From an uncultured Lachnospiraceae bacterium (GTDB lineage Bacteria; Bacillota; Clostridia; Lachnospirales; Lachnospiraceae): a stretch of 64,000 bases of DNA. The notes under the pieces were generated by a model. The model searched no databases and was not told the origin of the DNA. It saw only the letters and a list, made by a program, of their open reading frames with translations. The stretch spans positions 5,115 to 69,114 of the forward strand of contig CANQSK010000002.1 of the NCBI GenBank assembly GCA_947626475.1. Direction: 5' to 3'. This document shows, piece by piece, positions 55,671 through 64,000 of this stretch. Position 1 is the stretch's first letter. Every line of letters starts with the position of its first letter. The position numbers and the translations under genes are program-made.

Positions 55671-56531
55671 TCAAGCAGCCTCTCTCCTCAGCGTCACCGC
55701 CACCAGCTCCGGCGGATTCAGCACCCGCACCAGAAAATGATTTCCCAGTCCCCGGCTGACCACCAGATGCTTTCCCTTCTCTGTAAATAATCCTCCGTCG
55801 TACTTTGGGAAAAAGGTCAGGTCCGGCGACAGCAGGCCGCCCTTTCCGGGAATCCGGATGATGCCCCCGTGAATGTGGCCGGACAGAGTCAAATCGGCGC
55901 CCCAATCCCGATAGGAAGGATAATAGAGGGGATTATGGGCCAGAAGAATATTAAAATGCCCGGCGTCAATCTCTCCCAGGAGCTTTCCCGCATCATCCGC
56001 TGAGAAATGGGCCCTCCGTTCATACTCCGCCTTCAGCGGATCTTTATAATAAAGCATAGGCGTTGCCAGACCGTAAAAATTCACGTAAGCCCCGCCCCGC
56101 CGCAGCTGCCGGCACTCATTGTTCAGCAGGACCACGCCCATCTTCTCCAGGCGTCTCAGCAGCACGGACTGAATGGGCCAATTCAGAGCCTGCTCGTGAT
56201 TTCCCATGACAAAATAAACCGGATACCGCTGTCTCAGGCGGCGGCACAAGTCCAGAAGACAGGGACCCGCTCCCCGGGACGTGTCCGCCATGTCCCCGGT
56301 CATCGCGATCAAATCCGGTTTTTCTCTGTCAATAGCTCTGAGCAGTATCTCATTCCGTTTTCCATAACGTTTCCCGTGAAGATCAGACAGGTGAACAATG
56401 CGAAACCCATCAAACGCCTCAGGAAGGCGGACACTTGCAATTTCATATCGAACGGTCTTAAATCGAACTGTCTTGAATCGAACTGTCTTAAACAAAATAT
56501 TTCTGCCTCCCAAAAATATTTTCCCTTCCAT
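55671..56531 (-). CDS. Calcineurin-like metallophosphoesterase (YkuE-like)
   Basis: HLSDLH, MTGDMAD, VMGNHE, LLAHNP and LSGHIHGG motifs. Start is ATG 56531, or TTG 56495 after GGAGG. The ORF-track start 56687 runs through the divergent promoter. Confidence 0.85.
   Translation of the reverse strand: MEGKIFLGGRNILFKTVRFKTVRFKTVRYEIASVRLPEAFDGFRIVHLSDLHGKRYGKRNEILLRAIDREKPDLIAMTGDMADTSRGAGPCLLDLCRRLRQRYPVYFVMGNHEQALNWPIQSVLLRRLEKMGVVLLNNECRQLRRGGAYVNFYGLATPMLYYKDPLKAEYERRAHFSADDAGKLLGEIDAGHFNILLAHNPLYYPSYRDWGADLTLSGHIHGGIIRIPGKGGLLSPDLTFFPKYDGGLFTEKGKHLVVSRGLGNHFLVRVLNPPELVAVTLRREAA
56448..56492. repeat. 3 x 15-bp tandem repeat encoding (FKTVR)3
   Basis: TCGAACGGTCTTAAA / TCGAACTGTCTTGAA / TCGAACTGTCTTAAA. 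Confidence 0.9.
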
Positions 56532-56577
56532 CAAAGCAGAAAAAAGCCGCGCCGTCAAGGGCTTTCTTCGTCCGGAT

Positions 56578-56633
56578 TTGATTTTACCGCTTCCATATGT
56601 TATGATGTTGGGGTCAAAAGGTATTTTGACCCC
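56578..56633 (+). promoter_or_regulatory. Promoter and operator-like palindrome upstream of the dehydratase gene
   Basis: TTGATT, 17-bp spacer, TATGAT (extended TG), then GGGGTCAAAA-ggta-TTTTGACCCC (56610-56633). Confidence 0.7.
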
Positions 56634-56685
56634 TATGATTAAAAACAAAATATGATCAAAAATATTCCGTGTGAGGTAATAAATC

Positions 56686-58467
56686 ATGTCAGAATTAGTA
56701 AGTCAGAAAATGCGTGCGCTGGCCCCGGAGCTTGACCCCCTGCGGCTGGGTACCGGCTGGAAGCCGGAAGATCTGTCCAAGCCCCAGGTGTTCATCGAAA
56801 GCACCTACGGCGACAGCCATCCGGGAAGCGGTCATTTAAATATTCTGGTAGAAGAAGTGCGAAAAGGCGTCGCTGAAGCCGGCGGGTACGGAGCCAGGTA
56901 CTTCTGCACCGATATGTGCGACGGCGAAAGCCAGGGTACCGACGGCATAAACTTCAGCCTGGCCAGCCGGGAGATGATCGCCAATATGATTGAGATTCAG
57001 GCCAACGCAACGCCCTTTGACGCAGGAGTCTTTCTGGCCAGCTGCGATAAAGGCATGCCCGGCAGCCTCATGGGACTTCTTCGGGTCAATATACCCTCTG
57101 TCGTAGTCCCCGGCGGCACTATGAACGCCGGACCGGAGATGCTGACGCTGGAACAGCTGGGCATGTACAGCGCCGGTTATGAAAGGGGCGAGATCAGCGA
57201 AGAGCGGCTGAACTGGGCCAAGCACAACGCCTGCCCAAGCTGCGGGGCTTGCTCCTTCATCGGCACCGCCTCCACCATGCAGATCATGGCCGAGGCTCTG
57301 GGCCTTGCCCTTCCCGGCAGCGCCCTGATGCCGGCCACCAGCCCGGATCTGCTGGCCTATGCCAGACAGGCGGGACAGCAGGCGGTGAAACTGGCGGCTA
57401 TGGAGCATATGCGCCCCAGCGACATCGTCACCATGGAAAGCTTCGAGAACGCCATCCTGGTTCACGCAGCCGTCTCCGGCAGCACCAACTGCCTGCTGCA
57501 CCTTCCGGCTATTGCTCATGAGCTGGGACTCGAGATCACAGGGGATACCTTCGACCGGCTCCACCGTGGAGCCCGCTATCTTCTGGACGTGCGCCCCGCA
57601 GGCCGCTGGCCGGCAGAATGCTTCTACTACGCAGGGGGCGTCCCTGCCATTATGGAAGAGATCAAACCGTTCCTTCACCTGGATGCAATGACTGTCACCG
57701 GGAAAACTCTAGGCGAGAACTTAGAAGAACTGAAAAATAACGGCTTCTATGAGCGCTGCGGGAAATGGCTGGAAGATTTCAACAGGCGGCAGCATTGCTC
57801 CGTCACCCGCGAGGACATCATCCGCCCCTTTGACAAAGCCATCGGCACCAACGGCAGCATTGCCGTCCTGCGGGGCAATCTGGCTCCCGAGGGCGCCGTC
57901 ATTAAGCATACCGCATGTCCCAAAGAGATGTATCAGGCGGTTCTCCGGGCACGTCCCTTTGACAGCGAGGAGGAATGTCTGGACGCAGTTCTTCACCATA
58001 AGGTGGAAAAGGGAGACGCCGTCTTTATCCGCTACGAAGGTCCTAAAGGCAGCGGAATGCCGGAGATGTTCTATACCTCCGAGGCCATTTCCAGCGACAG
58101 GGAGCTGGGACGCAGCATCGCCCTAATCACTGACGGGCGCTTTTCCGGTGCTTCCACCGGCCCGGTCATCGGCCACTGCAGCCCGGAGGCCGCTGACGGC
58201 GGACCTATCGCCCTGGTGGAGGAAGGGGATCTGATCGAAATCGATGTGTTCGGAAGAAAGCTGAATATCGTTGGCGTCCGGGGCGAACGAAAATCCCCTG
58301 AGGAGATTGATCAAATATTAGCGGAACGAAAAAAAGGCTGGAGTCCCCGTCCCCGCCGCTATCAAAAAGGCGTACTCAGACTGTTCTCTGAGCACGCCGC
58401 AAGCCCCATGAAGGGCGCCTATCTGGAATATGACAAAACGGAGGATACCAAAACCGGAAATGATTGA
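56686..58467 (+). CDS. IlvD/Edd-family dehydratase (dihydroxy-acid or sugar-acid dehydratase)
   Basis: TDMCDG, SCDKGMPG, CPSCGACSFIGTASTMQ, GSTN, RYEGPKGSGMPEM and TDGRFSGAS motifs. Substrate cannot be determined by eye. Confidence 0.9.
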   Translation: MSELVSQKMRALAPELDPLRLGTGWKPEDLSKPQVFIESTYGDSHPGSGHLNILVEEVRKGVAEAGGYGARYFCTDMCDGESQGTDGINFSLASREMIANMIEIQANATPFDAGVFLASCDKGMPGSLMGLLRVNIPSVVVPGGTMNAGPEMLTLEQLGMYSAGYERGEISEERLNWAKHNACPSCGACSFIGTASTMQIMAEALGLALPGSALMPATSPDLLAYARQAGQQAVKLAAMEHMRPSDIVTMESFENAILVHAAVSGSTNCLLHLPAIAHELGLEITGDTFDRLHRGARYLLDVRPAGRWPAECFYYAGGVPAIMEEIKPFLHLDAMTVTGKTLGENLEELKNNGFYERCGKWLEDFNRRQHCSVTREDIIRPFDKAIGTNGSIAVLRGNLAPEGAVIKHTACPKEMYQAVLRARPFDSEEECLDAVLHHKVEKGDAVFIRYEGPKGSGMPEMFYTSEAISSDRELGRSIALITDGRFSGASTGPVIGHCSPEAADGGPIALVEEGDLIEIDVFGRKLNIVGVRGERKSPEEIDQILAERKKGWSPRPRRYQKGVLRLFSEHAASPMKGAYLEYDKTEDTKTGND

Positions 58468-58474
58468 CCCCCTG

Positions 58475-59446
58475 TTATGAGCGCTTCCGGTATCCGGTCT
58501 CAAAATCCACCAGATTCTCCATCTCCTCCGTGCGGCCGTCCAGAAGCCGCTCCAGATTCCTTCCGGCGATCCTTACGATCCGCTCAAAGGTCTCCTGCAG
58601 ATGGAATTTCCCGGCAATGTGGGGCGTGATCACCGTTCTGGGCGCGTCCCACAGAGGATGATCGGCCGGAAGTGGTTCCGGATCCGTCACATCCAGGGCG
58701 CAGCCGCCCAGATGGCCGCTTTCCAGTACCCGGCACAGGGCGTCTGTATCAATGGCTTCGCCCCGGCCTACATTGATCAGGAAAGCCGTAGGTTTCATCT
58801 TCCTCATCCGCTCTTCATTCAGGATATGCCTGGTGGCAGGTGAATTGGGCAGCGACAGGGCTACAAAGTCTGCCCGCGGAAGAAGCTCATCCAGCCGGTC
58901 CGTGGTATAGATCTCATCCAGATAATCCGGTTTCTCGCTTCTGGTCCGGCGGACGCCGATGGTATAGCTTCCCAGGGCCTTCATCCGCTTCGCGTACTCG
59001 CCGCCGATATCGCCCAGGCCGATCACCAGCGTGGTGGAGCCATAGATCGATGTGACATCCCCCTCGTCCCGCCATACATGCTCCAGCTGATTCTTACGAT
59101 AAAGATACAGCTTATTCTGAAGCATAATGGACACGCCTATCATGTACTCTGAAATCGCAAGTCCATACGCTCCTGTGGCGTTGGTCAGAACCGTTCCCGG
59201 CTTCAGAACGCCCGGCTTGCAGTAGGCGTCGGAGCCTGCGGAGTTCAGCTGGATCCATTGGAGCCGAGGAGACTCCTGAATCATCTTCGGAGGCACATTC
59301 CCGATGATGATCTGGGCCTGCGCCACATCCTCCCCGGTCACCCGGGCAGCCGGCACATAACAGAATTCACAGTCCTTTCCAATATGTTCAAGGTATTCTT
59401 TATGCCTGTCATTTACAGGAATCGTAACCAGTACCTTTCTCATCAC
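58475..59446 (-). CDS. D-isomer-specific 2-hydroxyacid dehydrogenase
   Basis: IGLGDIG, INVGRG, LDVTDPEPL and ITPHIAG motifs. Confidence 0.9.
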   Translation of the reverse strand: MMRKVLVTIPVNDRHKEYLEHIGKDCEFCYVPAARVTGEDVAQAQIIIGNVPPKMIQESPRLQWIQLNSAGSDAYCKPGVLKPGTVLTNATGAYGLAISEYMIGVSIMLQNKLYLYRKNQLEHVWRDEGDVTSIYGSTTLVIGLGDIGGEYAKRMKALGSYTIGVRRTRSEKPDYLDEIYTTDRLDELLPRADFVALSLPNSPATRHILNEERMRKMKPTAFLINVGRGEAIDTDALCRVLESGHLGGCALDVTDPEPLPADHPLWDAPRTVITPHIAGKFHLQETFERIVRIAGRNLERLLDGRTEEMENLVDFETGYRKRS

Positions 59447-59887
59447 TTATCTCCCCTCAATATCCATGATCATATCCACCCGGCGCTTATGACGTCCGCC
59501 CTCAAACCCGGACTCCAGCCAGATGTCGGTAATCATCTTCGCCATCTCGACGCCGATGACCCTGGCGCCGAAGCACAGCACATTGCAGTCGTTATGCAGG
59601 CGTGACAGCTTCGCCGTGTAGGGCTCGCTGCAGACGCAGGCGCGGACTCCCTTCACTTTATTGGCCGCCAGGGAAATTCCCAGTCCTGTGCCGCAGATGG
59701 CAATGCCCAGGTCTGCTTCCCCGTCTACCACGGCACGCCCTACCTTCTCGCCGTAAACCGGGTAGTCGCAGCTGCCTGTTCCATTGAATCCGAGATCTAT
59801 TATCTCAATCCCCTTTTCTTCCAGATGTTTCCTGATTGCCTCCTTCAGCTCCACAGCCGTATGGTCGTTTCCCATCGCAATCTTCAT
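59447..59887 (-). CDS. rpiB: Ribose-5-phosphate isomerase B
   Basis: MKIAMGNDH, DYP, ICGTGLGIS.AANKV, HNDCNVLCFG and FEGGRH..RV motifs. Confidence 0.93.
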   Translation of the reverse strand: MKIAMGNDHTAVELKEAIRKHLEEKGIEIIDLGFNGTGSCDYPVYGEKVGRAVVDGEADLGIAICGTGLGISLAANKVKGVRACVCSEPYTAKLSRLHNDCNVLCFGARVIGVEMAKMITDIWLESGFEGGRHKRRVDMIMDIEGR

Positions 59888-59921
59888 ATATCGCGCATTC
59901 TCCTTCTTCAAACAGGTCTTA

Positions 59922-61061
59922 TCAGTCTGCTGTTTCCGTAAAAAATATCTTAATCCTGTCCAGGCGGCTGCTCATGCTTAAAAGCAGCATGTCCGCCGCC
60001 GTAAATGCCGCCATGGCCTCCACCACCACCACGGCCCGGGGAACGATGATCGGGTCATGACGGCCGCTGATAACCAGATCCACATTCTCGCCCTGCCGGT
60101 TTACCGTCTGCTGCGGCTGAGCGATGGACGGCGTCGGTTTAAATGCCGCCCGCAGTACGATCCGGCTGCCGTCGCTGATTCCGCCCAGAATCCCGCCGGC
60201 GTGATTGGAAGTCTTGACGATTCGACGAAAACCGCTGCCATTTTCAGAACCGGCGCACTCCGCCGCCCGGAATCCGTCGTTATTCTCCGAACCAAAATGC
60301 TGCGCGGCCTGAAAACCGTCCCCGATCTCCACGCCCTTCACAGCCCCGATGGACATGACGGCATGGGCCAGCCTCGCGTCCAGCTTCTCAAATACCGGTT
60401 CTCCGATACCGGCGGGAAGCCCGTCTATCACGCACTCCACCACACCTCCCACGGAGTCCTTCCGGCTCATCGCCTCCTCCAGATAAGCTTCCGCCTTAAG
60501 CGCTGCCTCCCGGTCCGGCATGCACACCCGGTTCCGTCCGGCCTCATCCGCGTCAAACCGGTCATAATCAATCTCAATTCCGCCGATACTTCTGGTATAG
60601 GCCGTCACCGTGATGCCCAGGCTTTTTAGAAGCTTTACCGCGACGGCCCCCGCGGCCACACGGCCTACGGTCTCCCGGCCGGAAGAACGTCCGCCTCCCC
60701 GGTAATCCCGAAAACCGTATTTTTCATCAAACGTATAGTCCGCGTGGCCAGGCCGGTAAACATCCATGATCCGGCTGTAATCCCGGGACCTCTGGTCCGT
60801 ATTCCTCACCAGCAGGGAAACCGGCGTCCCCTCGGTCCGCCCCTCAAACACTCCGGAGAGGATCTCCACCCGGTCACCTTCCTGCCTCTGAGTCGTAAAT
60901 TTGCTCTGTCCCGGTTTTCTCCGGTCCAGATACCTCTGTATATCTTCCTCGCACAGCTCCAGGCCTGCGGGACAGCCGTCCACCACAACGCCCAGACCCT
61001 TTCCGTGGGACTCCCCCCATGTAGTCATGGTGAGCAGAGTCCCCCATTCCGAACCTGCCAT
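59922..61061 (-). CDS. aroC: Chorismate synthase
   Basis: [36 protein letters not shown] and [11 protein letters not shown] motifs. Confidence 0.95.
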   Translation of the reverse strand: MAGSEWGTLLTMTTWGESHGKGLGVVVDGCPAGLELCEEDIQRYLDRRKPGQSKFTTQRQEGDRVEILSGVFEGRTEGTPVSLLVRNTDQRSRDYSRIMDVYRPGHADYTFDEKYGFRDYRGGGRSSGRETVGRVAAGAVAVKLLKSLGITVTAYTRSIGGIEIDYDRFDADEAGRNRVCMPDREAALKAEAYLEEAMSRKDSVGGVVECVIDGLPAGIGEPVFEKLDARLAHAVMSIGAVKGVEIGDGFQAAQHFGSENNDGFRAAECAGSENGSGFRRIVKTSNHAGGILGGISDGSRIVLRAAFKPTPSIAQPQQTVNRQGENVDLVISGRHDPIIVPRAVVVVEAMAAFTAADMLLLSMSSRLDRIKIFFTETAD

Positions 61062-61076
61062 AAAACAACCCTCACA

Positions 61077-62138
61077 TCAGTCTGTACCGCCAAGCTTCAC
61101 CAGCTCGCAGCAGTTGGGCTCGTCCACATGAACCGGCCTTGCGCACATGACCAGCAGACCGTTCTCGTAATCTACCGTAAAAAATGTGACGGTGCAGGTC
61201 TCATGGTTGATGGAAGCCACATGCTTTCCGTCCGGGAACACCATAATGTCCTTGGGATAATCTCCGCTGACCGGAAGGCAGCAAAGCTGGCTCAGAAGAC
61301 CGGTCTCCGCGTTCCTCTCATAAATGCTGATACTGTTATCCCCGGCGTTGCTGCAGAACAGATACTTCTCTTCCGCGTCAAACCGGATCGCGCAGGCCGC
61401 AGTCTGCTGGCTGCACTCCTCGCCGGTCGTGCTGATGGTCTGAATCTTCTCCAGACTGGGCACTCTGGCGCCCGTCTCATAAGTATAAACATCGATCACA
61501 TTCTTAACTTCGTACATCAGATACATGAATCTGCCGTCGGAGCTGAAGATAAAATGCCGCGGCGCCGACTCCAGATCGCAGGGGATCGTGTCCACCAGAA
61601 CAAGGGTGGCGTCAATCTCATTCAGCCGGTAGACCTTCAGCTGATCCACTCCCACATCCGCCACCATAACATATTTTTTATCCGGCGTCATGCGGACGCA
61701 GCTTACGTGAGGACGGAACGTTCTCTCCGCCACACTGCCAAGGCCCTTATGGTACACGCCTGCCGCCACGCTGCCGATGCTTCCGTCAGGATTCAGATTC
61801 ATGACCGTAGCCTTCCCGTCATGGTATCCCGCCACATACAGATATTTTCCGTCCGGATCCACGGCCATCTGACAGCCTCTCATGCCGCGGATATTGGCCA
61901 GGTTCAGTCTGGACAGGGAGCCGTCCTCCATGATCCGGAAAGAGACCACCCCTTCGTCCGCGATCGAGTAAAGCGTTTTTCCGTCCGCAGAGGATACTAC
62001 GTAGGAAGAATTATCCACATCCACCTCATCTCTCGGAATGAGGATTCCCTTTTCCACATCTACATCACAGATGGTGATTCCCCTGGCTTTGCCAATATAG
62101 GAGTATGACCCGATGTAGGCCACGTATCTGTCTTTCAT
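61077..62138 (-). CDS. 6-phosphogluconolactonase-like beta-propeller lactonase (cycloisomerase 2 family)
   Basis: YLYVAGYHDG, ADVGVDQLKVY, APRHFIF, SNAGDNSISIY and YPKDI motifs. Confidence 0.82.
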   Translation of the reverse strand: MKDRYVAYIGSYSYIGKARGITICDVDVEKGILIPRDEVDVDNSSYVVSSADGKTLYSIADEGVVSFRIMEDGSLSRLNLANIRGMRGCQMAVDPDGKYLYVAGYHDGKATVMNLNPDGSIGSVAAGVYHKGLGSVAERTFRPHVSCVRMTPDKKYVMVADVGVDQLKVYRLNEIDATLVLVDTIPCDLESAPRHFIFSSDGRFMYLMYEVKNVIDVYTYETGARVPSLEKIQTISTTGEECSQQTAACAIRFDAEEKYLFCSNAGDNSISIYERNAETGLLSQLCCLPVSGDYPKDIMVFPDGKHVASINHETCTVTFFTVDYENGLLVMCARPVHVDEPNCCELVKLGGTD

Positions 62139-62205
62139 AATATAAGGGCCTCCTTAAAATAATTGCTTTTGTGAAGAGTATAACACATACTCAAAAAAAA
62201 ATCTA

Positions 62206-62312
62206 TTGACATACAGATTTTTTTCTGTATAATGATACTTACGCTCTGTTTATTATTTCTAAACTTTTTGGTTATTTTTATTGTCAGTTAGTATTTCTAA
62301 ACTTTAAGGTTA
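62206..62312 (+). promoter_or_regulatory. Consensus promoter and two repeated operator-like sites upstream of the regulator-potA operon
   Basis: TTGACA (62206-62211), 16-bp spacer, TATAAT (62228-62233). TATTTCTAAACTTTwwGGTTA at 62254-62274 and 62292-62312. Confidence 0.75.
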
Positions 62313-62347
62313 GAGTCATCAAAATGTCTGATATCAGGAGGCGGCGC

Positions 62348-62881
62348 ATGGATATTGGTTCAAAACTAAAATCAATTCGGGTCCTAAAAGGACTGACGCA
62401 GGAGGAACTGGCCGACCGGGCGGAGCTTTCCAAGGGCTTCATCTCCCAGGTAGAGCGGAACCTGACCTCTCCCTCCATCGCTACGCTCATGGACATCCTC
62501 CAGTGCCTCGGCACGACCACGGCTGAATTTTTCAACGAGGCGCCGGAGGAACAGATCGTGTTCGGCCGTGATGATTATTTTGAAAAATATGACGCCGAGC
62601 TGAAGAACGAGATACAATGGATCATTCCCAACGCCCAGAAGAATGTGATGGAACCGATCCTTCTCAGGCTGGAAGCCGGCGGCTCCACCTACCCGGACAA
62701 TCCTCATGAGGGGGAAGAGTTCGGCTACATCCTGCAGGGAGCCGTGTCGATCCACCTGGGCAGCAAGACCTACCGGGCAAAAAAAGGTGAATCCTTCTAC
62801 TTTACCGCTGACCGGAAGCATCACCTGTCCAGCAAAACAGGCGCCCTGCTTCTGTGGATCAGTTCCCCGCCCAGCTTTTGA
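62348..62881 (+). CDS. XRE-family HTH plus cupin transcriptional regulator (PuuR-like)
   Basis: LTQEELADRAELSKGFISQVERNLTSPSI (HTH_3) and HEGEEFGYIL (cupin). Start 62348 after AGGAGG; lies upstream of potA. Confidence 0.88.
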   Translation: MDIGSKLKSIRVLKGLTQEELADRAELSKGFISQVERNLTSPSIATLMDILQCLGTTTAEFFNEAPEEQIVFGRDDYFEKYDAELKNEIQWIIPNAQKNVMEPILLRLEAGGSTYPDNPHEGEEFGYILQGAVSIHLGSKTYRAKKGESFYFTADRKHHLSSKTGALLLWISSPPSF

Positions 62882-62940
62882 GGCCTCCGGCCTGACTGAA
62901 ACACTTATACCATCAAACGATTTTCAGGAGGAAACCAATC

Positions 62941-64000
62941 ATGAGTCAGTCATTGATTGATCTGGTCAATATTTCAAAAAGCTTCGACGGCGAACTGGTT
63001 CTGGACGATCTGAACCTTTCCGTAAAGGAAAATGAATTTGTCACGCTGCTGGGCCCCAGCGGCTGCGGCAAGACTACCACCCTGCGGATCATCGGCGGTT
63101 TTGAGAAGGCCGATACCGGCAAGGTGATCTTCGAGGGACAGGACATTTCCCTCCTGCCTCCCAACAAGCGCCAGCTGAACACCGTGTTCCAGAAGTACGC
63201 CCTGTTTCCTCATATGAATATTGCCGAAAATATTGCTTTCGGCTTAAAGATCAAGAACAAGTCCAAATCCTACATCCAGGATAAGATCAAGTATGCCCTG
63301 AAGCTGGTCAACCTGGACGGCTTTGAGAACCGCACTGTGGACTCCTTAAGCGGCGGCCAGCAGCAGCGGATCGCCATTGCCCGCGCTATCGTCAATGAAC
63401 CCCGGGTCCTGCTTCTGGACGAGCCTCTGGGCGCTCTGGATCTGAAGCTCCGGCAGGATATGCAGTATGAGCTGATCCGGATGAAGAAAGAGCTGGGCAT
63501 CACATTTATCTATGTGACCCACGACCAGGAGGAGGCCCTGACCATGTCGGACACCATTGTCGTCATGAACCAGGGGTATATCCAGCAGATGGGCACGCCG
63601 GAGCAGATCTACAACGAGCCGGAGAACGCTTTCGTAGCCGATTTCATCGGCGAGAGCAATATTCTCCACGGCACCATGATACGGGATGAGCTGGTAGAGA
63701 TCTTCGGTGCCAAATTCGCCTGTGTGGACAGGGGCTTCGGTACCAACACTCCGGTGGACGTAGTCATCCGGCCTGAGGACATCGACCTTGTGGCTCCGGA
63801 AGACGGCACTCTGGTCGGTACCTGCACCCACCTGATCTTCAAGGGCGTCCACTATGAGATGGAAGTCACCACGCCGGACGGTTTTGAGTGGCTGGTCCAC
63901 AGCACCGACATGTGCCCTGTGGGAAAGAAAGTCGGCATCCATGTGGATCCCTTCGATATTCAGATCATGAACAAGCCTGCTTCCGAGGACGAGGAGGTGG
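62941..64000 (+). CDS. potA: Spermidine/putrescine ABC transporter ATPase, truncated by the window edge (absent from the ORF track)
   Basis: AGGAGG SD and ATG 62941; manual translation [15 protein letters not shown]...GPSGCGKTT...[13 protein letters not shown]...LSGGQQQR...[11 protein letters not shown]; frame open to the end. Confidence 0.92.
   Translation, partial: MSQSLIDLVNISKSFDGELVLDDLNLSVKENEFVTLLGPSGCGKTTTLRIIGGFEKADTGKVIFEGQDISLLPPNKRQLNTVFQKYALFPHMNIAENIAFGLKIKNKSKSYIQDKIKYALKLVNLDGFENRTVDSLSGGQQQRIAIARAIVNEPRVLLLDEPLGALDLKLRQDMQYELIRMKKELGITFIYVTHDQEEALTMSDTIVVMNQGYIQQMGTPEQIYNEPENAFVADFIGESNILHGTMIRDELVEIFGAKFACVDRGFGTNTPVDVVIRPEDIDLVAPEDGTLVGTCTHLIFKGVHYEMEVTTPDGFEWLVHSTDMCPVGKKVGIHVDPFDIQIMNKPASEDEEV

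Noticed and set aside
56532-56687. ORF-track N-terminal extensions (e.g. phosphoesterase to 56687, glf to 46953, xth to 49508, rmlC to 31607)
   Set aside because: They run through promoters or upstream genes; downstream starts have SD sequences and match where the family motifs begin.

Overview
A 64-kb chromosomal window from a Clostridia-type (probably Lachnospiraceae-like) anaerobe; the taxon is inferred from gene content and motif style. No rRNA, tRNA, CRISPR array, integrase or transposase was seen. From left to right: (1) a window-truncated GH31 alpha-glucosidase (missed by the ORF track) downstream of a Mesh1-like HD hydrolase; (2) a 16-kb minus-strand operon of secreted/surface proteins: an unannotated 37-codon ORF, a DUF6273-like protein, a GLUG/cell-wall-binding protein, and a 3812-aa SpaA/CnaB-repeat adhesin with a likely N-terminal thioester domain; (3) DUF3810 peptidase, glgB-like gene and mscS; (4) signal peptidase I with a CxxC-x11-CxxC insert, and a MATE pump; (5) two minus-strand cell-wall polysaccharide clusters separated by an L,D-transpeptidase, containing wzm/wzt, rmlC, a GacIJKL-like module, vioA-like plus ATP-grasp genes, glf, two flippases and a 1331-aa methyltransferase-kinase-coiled coil-GT2-GT4 protein; (6) glgX-like gene, xth, hflKC, MATE, class F flavodiiron protein, metallophosphoesterase, IlvD/Edd dehydratase, 2-hydroxyacid dehydrogenase, rpiB, aroC, lactonase, XRE-cupin regulator and truncated potA. 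Top leads: (a) the giant adhesin continues past its IPHTG sortase signal into a second signal peptide and a second membrane-anchored ectodomain, suggesting a sortase/SPase-processed polyprotein or a nested in-frame gene; (b) two intact but catalytically degenerate GH13 glycogen enzymes, GlgB* and GlgX*, the latter overlapping glf in a polysaccharide operon; (c) an all-in-one polymerase/ruler/terminator glycosyltransferase. All family calls come from motif reading by eye; no database searches were run. Sortase, rmlA/B/D, a priming transferase and an LCP ligase are not in the window.
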